Positions 1-8,107 of a stretch of DNA of 32,000 nt are shown one piece after another. Every line of letters begins with the position of its first letter. The stretch's first letter is position 1. The stretch covers positions 1,664 through 33,663 of the forward strand of contig JANMHD010000334.1 in NCBI GenBank assembly GCA_031374985.1, read 5' to 3'. A model generated the notes under the pieces. That model saw only the letters and a program-made list of their open reading frames with translations. It ran no database searches and had not been told where the DNA came from. A program made the position numbers and the translations under genes. The stretch comes from Coleofasciculaceae cyanobacterium OTE_70_metabat_329 (GTDB lineage Bacteria; Cyanobacteriota; Cyanobacteriia; Cyanobacteriales; JAAUUE01).

Positions 1-275
1 CTCCACCCATGAGCCGCCAAGAGCGCGTCCTCGCTCACAAAGCCTCGATTTTCTCGCGTTACCTGGGCAAACAGCAAGAATTTCTGGAATTTGTCCTAGA
101 GCAATACATCCAAGAAGGGGTAGGGGAACTCGATCGCTCGAAACTACCCCAACTGCTGGAGTTAAAGTATCATGCTGTTCGTGATGCTGTGGAAGAACTA
201 GGAAAAGTTGCGAATATTAGTGAAGTATTTATCGGGTTTCAACAGTATTTATACTCACAAGATAGGGCAGCTTAA
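1..275 (+). CDS. C-terminal fragment of a type I restriction enzyme R subunit (HsdR, EcoEI-R C-terminal-like domain); the 5' end lies outside the window
   Basis: The frame is open from the window edge to the listed Met at 9. The segment FLEFVLEQYIQEGVGELDRSKLPQLLELKYHAVRDAVEELG...FIGFQQYLY resembles, from memory, the conserved C-terminal helical domain of HsdR-type enzymes. No alignment was run. Confidence 0.55.
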   Translation, partial: PPMSRQERVLAHKASIFSRYLGKQQEFLEFVLEQYIQEGVGELDRSKLPQLLELKYHAVRDAVEELGKVANISEVFIGFQQYLYSQDRAA

Positions 276-315
276 TTGCAGGGTTTCGGGAATTAAATTA
301 GAGAATTATGTTCTC

Positions 316-2892
316 TTAAATATTCATTGCCAAAAGTTTGCCGATCGCTACTAATTCAGGAGCCGGAGGAGCAGTCAGACTTTGCTGCCATTGGAAATAC
401 AGTTCCTGCGATCGTTCTAGTCCCAAAGTTAAACCTAGATTTTGGCTTACCTGCAATAATCGCTGAAGATTTTGAGATGAGATATCTAGGGTTTGGCTCT
501 GGTAGAGTAGCTCCCACAGATTCCGCCATACCAATTGCTCTAGGGTTGACTTTGTTCCAGAAATATTTAGGCGGCAGTGGAGTAAGTGGGCTTCTTTAGC
601 GATCGCTTCTAATTCTGCCAAGTAAGAATGATCTGTTTCCTCTGCGGCTAGGGATTGTACGGCACTAATTACTCGGTGCGATAGGGCAACTTCTGCGGCC
701 ACCTGCAATTCGGGGGGCGGGGGCAGTTCATCTCGGTGGAACGCCATGAGAACTCCATAATTATCCCGGTAGGCCTGAGTATACAACTGGTCTAGACGGC
801 TAATAGTTTCTGTAGTTAATAAACCCATAATCCGGTGTCGTTCCTCTGCTAACAGATCTTGCAAACCAAAGGATTTACTATTAGCAAATAATTGATTCAT
901 TGCCACAATCACGATCCCCGCACTTCCTCCCTGCAAAGTAGCAAATAAATCCTCCTTCATCTGGTTGTAGATCAGTCTGCCCTCAAAGGGTTGCAAACAG
1001 CAATGGAAATCCCAGCCCCCTAGATGGAGAACTGCGTACACTAAGTGACTACTTTCTAGGGTGATTTCCGAAGTTAGTTGTAATTGCCCTACAGCCAAGG
1101 TTAAGACTCCTAGGCGCTGCATTTGCCAGTCTAGCTGCTCTACCTTGTAACAATAAACTTGGGGTCGATCCTGACGATATTGCTCCGCAACGCTAGAGCG
1201 ATATTGCTCCGCAACGCTAAAGCGACCGCGTTGGTTGGGGAAAAGGGAAGTAATGGCATACTGGGCGGCTATTTGAGAGAAATTTACCTTAGCTGTGGTG
1301 ACTAGTTCTTGGTAAATTTTAGCCCCGTCTTGAAAATATTCCACATTACTGGGCGCTGCTTGTAACTGCTGAGTAAATTCTCGCTCTAGTTGCACCCCTG
1401 CTACATCCCCAGCTAGTTCGATCGCTCTAGCTGCATAGCGGAGAATTTGCACTCCTTCCGGCCGAGAAACCTCCTCAAAAAACCAGCCACAACTGGTAAA
1501 CATCAATAAAGCATGGCGCTGCATTTCCAACAGGCGCAGGGCATCAATTTGTTCCGTCGGACTCAGGGAATGATGGCTATGGGTGGTAAAAAAATGACTA
1601 ACATTACTAGGAGAGCGATCGCCCACGACCTGAATATATTCATCCCGTGTCTGCCAAATATCTCGAAACAGCTTACTACCTTCAGTTTCATAGACCTTAA
1701 CTAATTCATCTCGCAACCAATTAAGGGATGTTCTCAGGGGTTTACGCCATTTTTGATGCCATGTCCCACCACCCCCACAACCACAGTCATCCTGCCAACG
1801 ATCGACCCCGTGGGCGCAACTCCAAGCCGTTATGGGTTTAAGTTCTACTTCCCAAACTGGGGGATGGAGGCTGAGATAATGGGCAAAATTAGTCACCTGC
1901 CAACCCCGACTGGCAAACTCATGGGTAAAGGCATAGGCCAGACATTTCTCGGCCCCGCCCTTATGATGCCCAAAGGTTTCCCCATCGGTGGCCACAGCAA
2001 TTAATTGGCTCGGCCGGTGATCTCCCCGGACTGCCTGGCCAATTCTGCCGGTGAAGAAATAGGAATTGCTCAAGACATCACTAAAACCCATATCCCTAGA
2101 AATAGGGCCATCGTAGAAAAAGACATCTATAGAGGCGGAGTGGTCTTGTAAGTAGCAACGGTAGGGACGGGTAGGGTCAATTTGGGAACCGCCGACTTCC
2201 TGCCATTCGGGTTCGGAGTTGTCTGCCTTGGGCAAGAGACGACAGCGCTCAGCTTGGGAAGGAGCCAGAATAATAAATTTAATTCCTTCAGCAATCAAAG
2301 CCTCTAGGGTGGCATAATCTACCGCTGTTTCTGCCAGCCACATTCCTTCGGGGTCTCGCCCAAACCGGGAGCGAAAATCTTCTTTCCCCCAGCGAATTTG
2401 GGTGTATTTATCCCGTTCACTAGCCAAGGGCATGATGATGTGATTATAAACTTGGGCGATCGCATTCCCATAACCCAGACGTTGATGACTAAGGCGATCG
2501 GCTTCAATAATTTTCTGGTAGGTTTCTAAGTCGTAGCGCTCTAACCAAGAAAGCAGAGTTGCCCCCATGTTGAAGCTCAGGTATTCGTAGTTATTCACAA
2601 TCTCGACTACTTCTCCCTGATCGTTAAGAATCCGGGCAAAAGCATTGGGGCGATAACATTCGTAGTGGATGCGTTCATTCCAGTTATGAAAAGGAGCCGC
2701 ACTGGGTTGACGCTCTACGGCATCTAGGTAAGGATTTTCCCGGGGGGGCTGATAGAAATGACCATGAACGGTGACGTAAACCCCTGTAGATACGCTCTGA
2801 GCCTCTAGTTGATGATCAGGACTAACAGGCTGATCTGCGGCGATCGTACTTTCTGGACTCAAAGACAAAGTGGAAAAATGCTGATAACTCAT
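316..2892 (-). CDS. Glycoside hydrolase family 57 protein (alpha-glucan-active, with a long DUF3536-like C-terminal region)
   Basis: 858-aa ORF with an ATG start. The N-terminal VHGHFYQPPRENPY motif and following region are typical of GH57 catalytic domains. Length and C-terminal extension match the large cyanobacterial GH57 proteins. Confidence 0.85.
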   Translation of the reverse strand: MSYQHFSTLSLSPESTIAADQPVSPDHQLEAQSVSTGVYVTVHGHFYQPPRENPYLDAVERQPSAAPFHNWNERIHYECYRPNAFARILNDQGEVVEIVNNYEYLSFNMGATLLSWLERYDLETYQKIIEADRLSHQRLGYGNAIAQVYNHIIMPLASERDKYTQIRWGKEDFRSRFGRDPEGMWLAETAVDYATLEALIAEGIKFIILAPSQAERCRLLPKADNSEPEWQEVGGSQIDPTRPYRCYLQDHSASIDVFFYDGPISRDMGFSDVLSNSYFFTGRIGQAVRGDHRPSQLIAVATDGETFGHHKGGAEKCLAYAFTHEFASRGWQVTNFAHYLSLHPPVWEVELKPITAWSCAHGVDRWQDDCGCGGGGTWHQKWRKPLRTSLNWLRDELVKVYETEGSKLFRDIWQTRDEYIQVVGDRSPSNVSHFFTTHSHHSLSPTEQIDALRLLEMQRHALLMFTSCGWFFEEVSRPEGVQILRYAARAIELAGDVAGVQLEREFTQQLQAAPSNVEYFQDGAKIYQELVTTAKVNFSQIAAQYAITSLFPNQRGRFSVAEQYRSSVAEQYRQDRPQVYCYKVEQLDWQMQRLGVLTLAVGQLQLTSEITLESSHLVYAVLHLGGWDFHCCLQPFEGRLIYNQMKEDLFATLQGGSAGIVIVAMNQLFANSKSFGLQDLLAEERHRIMGLLTTETISRLDQLYTQAYRDNYGVLMAFHRDELPPPPELQVAAEVALSHRVISAVQSLAAEETDHSYLAELEAIAKEAHLLHCRLNISGTKSTLEQLVWRNLWELLYQSQTLDISSQNLQRLLQVSQNLGLTLGLERSQELYFQWQQSLTAPPAPELVAIGKLLAMNI
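1175..1222. repeat. 24-bp tandem duplication (2 units, 1 mismatch) inside the GH57 gene
   Basis: cgatattgctccgcaacgctagag (1175-1198) is followed by cgatattgctccgcaacgctaaag (1199-1222). It is in frame and gives SVAEQYRS/SVAEQYRQ in the protein. Confidence 0.95.
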
Positions 2893-3006
2893 GGCAGAAA
2901 TAAATGTAGGGCAGAATTGCCAATATTCATCGCATTATTAAGCAATTTTGTACCCAAGTGCCAATTATTTTATGTCTTCTTCAGACTTGCTCTGGCGATA
3001 TAATTT

Positions 3007-3027
3007 CCCGCCCCCGGCGGGGGCGGG
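3007..3027 (-). terminator. GC-rich hairpin just downstream of the CHAT-FHA gene (possible terminator or insulator)
   Basis: CCCGCCCCCGGCGGGGGCGGG forms a perfect 9-10 bp G/C stem 13 nt after the stop at 3040. There is no clear U-tract on the minus strand, so this is weak as a canonical intrinsic terminator. Confidence 0.35.
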
Positions 3028-3039
3028 ATAAACATTTTC

Positions 3040-4647
3040 TTAATCAATTACAAATTCTAGGGTCTGACCATGACTACTGCCAAACTTTAGCTTCATGCCC
3101 GATCGCAACTCCACCTCCTGATGATGTACCTTTTGCCAGCCCTTCTGATGATAAATTAGGGTTCCATAACGGGAAAAATCCTTTAGGAGATAAGTAGTTT
3201 TCTGAGCCATATTCCCACGACAGATAATTTCAGCGTGCTGTTGGCTCACCCAGCGCTCTTGGATAATTAGATCATTTTCTGGTCTGCGTCCCACCCGCAT
3301 CATCCCACCTTGGATGTACCATATTTGATTTGTTCCCCCCAGATCCCGGAGATAGGCATTGGTCTGAGAACTATCTCCCCAACCAGTGGCAAAGCCCGGT
3401 AGCTCAGTGATGCCTTCCTCGATCGGCTTAATTAATTCCCCATTAAATTCTGGGTGCATATAGAGAATGGGCAGAGTCCAAGCAGGTTGGTTAAACCCAT
3501 AGAGGGTTAAGAGATGCTGCCGAGCTACGGCTACCGCTTGGTCAATGGGTCTCCGGGCTGCCAGAGCTTGGGCAAAATTTTGGATAAAGCTAATGGCTTC
3601 ATGGTCGGCGATCGCATCCCGCATGCCTAATACTGCCGGGACTCCATGATGAATTAAGACTTCTGCCAAACTACTGCGGGGCATTACCTGATTGCCAATC
3701 TGCGCCGGATAAGCCAACCAACAAGCATTAAATACTGCCAAGGTAACTTGATTCCGCACCAGTAACTGAGCTAATTCCGTCCCATTCAGGGCAGCATCAG
3801 AGCGCAAAAATAGCAATCCTCCATCTACTGCCGGTACTCCATGCCCTGCATAGAAGAAAATATTATAATCTCCAGTTTCGATCGCTTTAATTAATTCCCC
3901 CGGTGTGGGTTGAGTCAGGGTATCCACTTGGGCAGGGACAGAAGGAATGAGTCGATTGGCGATCGCCTGAGTAGCGGCTCCCTGCCAGATCTGGCTCAAA
4001 GCTGCTGATTCTGCTCCTAGATCTAGAGCTTTTTCCCCCTCACCCGCCATAGCCCCTAACACCACTAAAATTTTTAAGGTGAGAGCCAAGCGCTGGGGCT
4101 GGAGTGGGTCTACATCACTGGTGGTGCGACTAAATAAAATTTGTTCCTTCAGGGAAATTGCCTGTTGCCCAGACTGGGATTGCATAATCTCCCAAGGCAG
4201 AGAAATAAAGTTTGGATCTCGGATCTCTAGCCGCAATCGGAGAAATTTATTCTGTCCCATCGCAATCCCTTGGCTCTGAGCATAGCTATTTTGAATTGCT
4301 CCGGCAAATAGCCATTGCCACAACTTCACCCCCAAATCCTGCATCAGCCGATTCGTCGTACTGCCTGTACCTAAGCTGCCTAATTCCTGCTCTTGGGTTA
4401 ATAATTTTGGGGGCAATTCCAAACTTAATTCTGGATGAATAACTGGAGTTAAGGCAGAACCATTCACAGAAAAAATCTCCTGCCACTCTAGCCAGATTTG
4501 GCTCAATTCTGGAGTCCACAAAGAGTCATGATGCACATACCCTCCCGGATAGGGAGATTTAAGTACCCAGGTGGCAAAATTTTCTGTCCCCGCCTTAGTC
4601 AGACGGGCGATCGCTAAACTTAAACAGGGTGTTTCCCCACTGCTCAT
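3040..4647 (-). CDS. CHAT-domain (caspase-like protease) protein with a C-terminal FHA domain
   Basis: CHAT features: LRLRLEIRDPNFISLPWEIM, a His in FFYAGHGV and a Cys in VFNACW (caspase-like H/C dyad). FHA features at the C-terminus: VGRRPENDLII...VSQQHAEI...SRYGTLI...LRSGMKLKFG. AGGA lies 8 nt upstream of the ATG. Confidence 0.8.
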   Translation of the reverse strand: MSSGETPCLSLAIARLTKAGTENFATWVLKSPYPGGYVHHDSLWTPELSQIWLEWQEIFSVNGSALTPVIHPELSLELPPKLLTQEQELGSLGTGSTTNRLMQDLGVKLWQWLFAGAIQNSYAQSQGIAMGQNKFLRLRLEIRDPNFISLPWEIMQSQSGQQAISLKEQILFSRTTSDVDPLQPQRLALTLKILVVLGAMAGEGEKALDLGAESAALSQIWQGAATQAIANRLIPSVPAQVDTLTQPTPGELIKAIETGDYNIFFYAGHGVPAVDGGLLFLRSDAALNGTELAQLLVRNQVTLAVFNACWLAYPAQIGNQVMPRSSLAEVLIHHGVPAVLGMRDAIADHEAISFIQNFAQALAARRPIDQAVAVARQHLLTLYGFNQPAWTLPILYMHPEFNGELIKPIEEGITELPGFATGWGDSSQTNAYLRDLGGTNQIWYIQGGMMRVGRRPENDLIIQERWVSQQHAEIICRGNMAQKTTYLLKDFSRYGTLIYHQKGWQKVHHQEVELRSGMKLKFGSSHGQTLEFVID

Positions 4648-4662
4648 GGTCTGATCCTGTGG

Positions 4663-5604
4663 TTAACTTTTTGTGCGCTCTTGGAATAGGGGCGCATTGA
4701 TCTGGTGAGCAATTTCCTTAGCTTCTTGGAGGAGATATTCAAAGAAAGCCTGAGCCACGATCGATAGTTGTTTTCCTTGAGGATAGATCACATACCACTG
4801 ATTTTGGATCGGAAATTCCTGCACATCAAGAATTGCTAGTTGCTCCGTTGCCCCTTCCAAAGCCAAGGTATGGCGAGAGAGGACAGAAATTCCTAAGCCC
4901 CCGGCGATCGCTTGCTTGATTGCTTCATTACTCCCCAGTTCTAGCCGCACCTTGACAGATACCCCATGACGATCGAACAACTCCTGAACTGATTTACGAG
5001 TTCCCGAACCCGGTTCCCGCATAATAAACGGTTCCTCCGCCAAAAGCTCGATCGGAATTTGCTTGTGACCAACCAAAGGATGATTAGCAGGGGCTAGAAC
5101 AACTAGAGGATTCTCTAAAACTGGATGAGAGCTAAGATTTAAGCCCTCTGGTAGCTGACTGACAATATACAAGTCATCTAAATTTTCACTTAGGCGATCG
5201 GTGATTCCCCGGTGATTTGTTACCTGCAAGGCAATGTCAATCCCCGGATATTTCTGACAAAAAGGGCCCAAGAGTCGGGGGACAAAATACTTGGCAGTAG
5301 TAATTACAGCCAAACGAAGTTTTCCTTGTTTTAAGCCCTTTAGATCCGCTATGGTCATTTCTATTTGGTCTAACTTATCAAAAATTTCCCGGCTAGCTGA
5401 TAATAGCTGCTGCCCAGCTTCTGTTAAATAAAGGCGCTTTCCTACCTGATCAAATAGGGGTAAACCCACTGATCTAGTCAATTGTTTAACTTGCATAGAA
5501 ACCGTAGGCTGAGTCAGAAATAACTCTTCTGCAGCCCTCGTAAAGCTGTTATGACGAGCAACAGCCTCAAATACCTTAAGCTGATGCAGTGTTGCTTGGT
5601 GCAA
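4663..5604 (-). CDS. LysR-family transcriptional regulator, CbbR/CmpR-like
   Basis: N-terminal HTH: ATLHQLKVFEAVARHNSFTRAAEELFLTQPTVSMQVKQLTRSVGLPLFDQVGKRLYLTEAGQ, very like cyanobacterial CmpR/CbbR. The start is TTG, preceded by AGGAG about 8 nt upstream. Confidence 0.9.
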   Translation of the reverse strand: MHQATLHQLKVFEAVARHNSFTRAAEELFLTQPTVSMQVKQLTRSVGLPLFDQVGKRLYLTEAGQQLLSASREIFDKLDQIEMTIADLKGLKQGKLRLAVITTAKYFVPRLLGPFCQKYPGIDIALQVTNHRGITDRLSENLDDLYIVSQLPEGLNLSSHPVLENPLVVLAPANHPLVGHKQIPIELLAEEPFIMREPGSGTRKSVQELFDRHGVSVKVRLELGSNEAIKQAIAGGLGISVLSRHTLALEGATEQLAILDVQEFPIQNQWYVIYPQGKQLSIVAQAFFEYLLQEAKEIAHQINAPLFQERTKS

Positions 5605-5641
5605 TCGAATTTCTCCTGCTTATTATTCCCCTTAGTATATC

Positions 5642-6943
5642 CTAGCAATCTAAGGTACTTTCTAACTCCCAAAAACTAATGTGGTTACTGTAATGCTGCC
5701 ATTCTTGTTGCTTAAGTTTTAGGTAAGACTGGACAAATTCTGAACCTAATCGGGGCGACAGGATAGAGTCTACCTCTAGGCAGCGCAAAGCATCCAAGAG
5801 ATTACTGGGTAATTGTTTGACGGTTCCGGGGGCGGGGCGATGGGTATAACTATTGTAATCAGAGCGGACACCCGGATCTCGTTGGTGAGTAATGCCATCC
5901 AAGCCACTGGCAATCAAGGCAGCAGGTAGTAGGTAGGGATTAGCAGCTCCATCGGGGAGGCGAAACTCAAATCTTCCCGATTCTGGGATGCGGATGGTGT
6001 GAGTCCGGTTGTTGCCACTGTAGCTGATGGTGTTAGGTGACCAAGTGGCACCGGAGGTAGTGACAACAGCATTGATCCGCTTGTAGGAATTAACGGTGGG
6101 ATTAGTGAAGGCACAGACGGCGGGGGCAGCATGGAGTACCCCAGCGATAAACTGGTAGGCAAGGTCAGAAAGTTCTAATTTTCCTTCGGGGTCAGCAAAA
6201 AGATTGTTTGCTCCCTCTAGATCCCAGATGGAAAGATGAGTATGGCAGCCATTGCCTGTCAGGTGGGGGAATGGTTTGGGCATAAAGGTTGCTCGGAAGT
6301 TGTGCTTTTCGGCGATCGCTTTCACCATGTACTTAAAAAAAGCATGGCGATCGGCTGTCACTAAGGCATCGGCGTAAGTCCAGTTCATTTCAAACTGCCC
6401 ATTGGCATCTTCATGATCATTTTGGTAAGCTCCCCAGCCCAGTTCCAGCATGGCATCACAGATTTCAGCAATCACGTCAAACCGCCGCATCAAAGATTGC
6501 TGGTCGTAGCAGGGTTTGGTTTGAGAATCTCTAGGGTCAGAAATATTTTCTCCATCGGCAGCCAGTAAGAAATATTCACACTCCACTCCCGTGCGGACTC
6601 GATAGCCTAGGGCCGCTGCTTGGCCTAAAACTTGCTGCAAGACAAATCGGGGAGACTGAACTAAGGGCTGCCCTTCCACGTAGAGATCTGCGGCTAACCA
6701 AGCTACCTCCGGTTGCCAAGGTAATTGGGTCAAACTCTGGGGATCGGGAATTGCTAAGACATCAGGATCTGCTGGGGTCATATCTAACCAGGCTGCAAAT
6801 CCGGCAAACCCCGCCCCATTAGTTGCCATAGTATCGATCGCTTGGGCGGGGACTAACTTCGATCGTTGGACACCAAATAAATCAGTAAAGGAGATGAGGA
6901 AGTATCGAATCCCTCGATCGTGGGCAATTTCAGAAAGATTCAT
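5642..6943 (-). CDS. Glutamine synthetase family protein, short GlnT-like (type III glutamate-ammonia ligase / gamma-glutamyl-amine synthetase-like)
   Basis: 433 aa. N-terminal beta-grasp: IRYFLISFTDLFGVQRSKLVPAQAI...GAGFAGFAAWLD. Catalytic region: KPFPHLTGNGCHTHLSIW and NSYKRI, typical of the GS fold. It is shorter than GlnA (about 470 aa) and GlnN (about 720 aa). Confidence 0.85.
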   Translation of the reverse strand: MNLSEIAHDRGIRYFLISFTDLFGVQRSKLVPAQAIDTMATNGAGFAGFAAWLDMTPADPDVLAIPDPQSLTQLPWQPEVAWLAADLYVEGQPLVQSPRFVLQQVLGQAAALGYRVRTGVECEYFLLAADGENISDPRDSQTKPCYDQQSLMRRFDVIAEICDAMLELGWGAYQNDHEDANGQFEMNWTYADALVTADRHAFFKYMVKAIAEKHNFRATFMPKPFPHLTGNGCHTHLSIWDLEGANNLFADPEGKLELSDLAYQFIAGVLHAAPAVCAFTNPTVNSYKRINAVVTTSGATWSPNTISYSGNNRTHTIRIPESGRFEFRLPDGAANPYLLPAALIASGLDGITHQRDPGVRSDYNSYTHRPAPGTVKQLPSNLLDALRCLEVDSILSPRLGSEFVQSYLKLKQQEWQHYSNHISFWELESTLDC

Positions 6944-7054
6944 GGAAAAAGCATAATATTTTAATCCTTCCTAAGTTAGCCCTAATACTACCCTAGGGAT
7001 TGTTATGGATAAACAAATATGGTAACTCTCAAGAAGTTGTGGTGTTGAAGTAGC

Positions 7055-7861
7055 TTAACCCCCAGTTTGCGCTAGCTGAGCGTAGTTGAAGCCAAGAGAG
7101 GGGGCATCAGCCAGCAAACAGTAGGGACGGCTATAACTGAGGGGAGATTCCAAGGCGTGATCAAGCAAAAATTCAAGATTGCCCATCACCGCTTCTGTGC
7201 TGCCGTCATAGACTATTTTACCTTGGCTCAAAACGATCGTCCGGGGACAGAGTTCTAAGGCTAAATCTAGATCATGAGTGGCAATTAATTGAGTGAGGGG
7301 TAAAGTTTGCAGAAGTTGAATTAGTTGCCGCCGGGAACGGGGATCTAACTGGGCTGTAGGTTCATCAAAGACAAGGATTTGGGGATGCATGGCTAAAACT
7401 CCGGCGATCGCTACTCGCTTTTTCTCACCTCCTGAAAGGGCATCCGTACTCCGGTCACTGTAGGCATTAGCATCCAAGCCCACTGCCATCATGGCATTAA
7501 CTACTCTCGATCGCAGAGTATCCCCCTTCAATCCCAAGTTTTTTGGGCCAAAAGCCACATCTTCCCCTACGGTGGGCATAAATAATTGATCATCGGGGTT
7601 TTGAAACACTAACCCCACAAAATTACGAATTGCTGACAAATTCTCTGGAGCGATTAATAATTCCCCTACCCTCACTTTGCCGGTTTGGGGAGCAATAAGT
7701 CCATTGAGATGCAGTTGTAGAGTAGATTTCCCCGATCCATTCGCACCGATGAGGGCAACTTTTTCTGTGGCAGCGATCGCTAGATTAATATCTCTTAAGG
7801 CTTGAGTTCCGTCGGGGTAAGCATAACTCAGGTTGGCGATCGTAATTGGGTTGTGATGCAT
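7055..7861 (-). CDS. ABC ATPase of the energy-coupling-factor / cobalt type (CbiO/EcfA-like)
   Basis: Walker A GANGSGKST, signature LSGGEKKRVAIAGVLAMHP, Walker B ILVFDEPTAQLD, and an H-loop (IATHDLD). No transmembrane partner gene lies adjacent. Confidence 0.85.
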   Translation of the reverse strand: MHHNPITIANLSYAYPDGTQALRDINLAIAATEKVALIGANGSGKSTLQLHLNGLIAPQTGKVRVGELLIAPENLSAIRNFVGLVFQNPDDQLFMPTVGEDVAFGPKNLGLKGDTLRSRVVNAMMAVGLDANAYSDRSTDALSGGEKKRVAIAGVLAMHPQILVFDEPTAQLDPRSRRQLIQLLQTLPLTQLIATHDLDLALELCPRTIVLSQGKIVYDGSTEAVMGNLEFLLDHALESPLSYSRPYCLLADAPSLGFNYAQLAQTGG

Positions 7862-8034
7862 AGATTCAACGACAGGAAAATCTTTTTGAGGACTTATGGT
7901 ACTTTTTTAGGATACAGCCAGAAAACCCCCTTTTCTTGTATGCCCGGAGGGCTTTAAGCCCTGCACTAAAATGCCGCTACGCTAGAGCCAAGCGGAACTT
8001 GGAACTCAAGAACATACTGCAAATATTGTATTTA

Positions 8035-8068
8035 GGCAAAAAATTTCAAAGCCCCCTTAAAAAGGGGG
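8035..8068 (-). terminator. Intrinsic terminator candidate for the BON-domain gene
   Basis: On the minus strand, CCCCCTTTTTAAGGGGG (7-bp stem) is followed by CTTTGAAATTTTTTGCC. It lies 40 nt downstream of the stop at 8108. Confidence 0.55.
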
Positions 8069-8107
8069 TTGGGGGTTCTCTTTGATAGGAATTCTAAGCT
8101 AACTTGA

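Noticed and set aside
327-2507. ORF-track entries 327-599(+), 1513-1704(+), 1753-2004(+) and 2319-2507(-, alternate frame) inside the GH57 gene.
   Set aside because: They are antisense or out of frame within a long, well-supported CDS. Their translations are low-complexity with no motifs, as expected for shadow ORFs.
2809-3197. ORFs 2809-3003(+) and 2958-3197(+) spanning the GH57 / CHAT-FHA intergenic region.
   Set aside because: They overlap the ends of two well-supported minus-strand genes and cross the GC hairpin. They have no SD and no recognisable sequence.
4079-4519. ORFs 4079-4279(+), 4212-4442(+) and 4286-4519(-) within the CHAT-FHA gene.
   Set aside because: They are shadow or alternate-frame ORFs inside a motif-supported CDS.
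5914-6162. A P/S/L-rich 82-aa ORF on the minus strand, out of frame within the GS-like gene.
   Set aside because: It is an alternate frame of a motif-supported gene, with the compositionally skewed translation typical of an off-frame reading.
6975-6988. An NtcA-like site, GTT-N8-TAC (GTA-N8-AAC on the coding strand), upstream of the GS-like gene.
   Set aside because: It has one mismatch to GTA-N8-TAC. The spacing to any -10-like hexamer (11-16 nt rather than about 22) and to the ATG does not fit a class II NtcA promoter. This is too weak to call.
7921-8080. A possible second MITE bounded by GAAAACCCCC (7921-7930) and GGGGGTTCTC (8071-8080).
   Set aside because: The inverted repeat is only 10 bp with one mismatch. 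The right arm overlaps the terminator hairpin region. This is insufficient evidence for a mobile element.
7862-8107. A cobalamin or NiCo riboswitch upstream of the CbiO-like ATPase.
   Set aside because: I looked for a B12 box (AGYCMGGAGACCKGCC-like) and other conserved cores on the minus strand and found none. Only generic hairpins are present, and these are reported separately as a low-interest finding.
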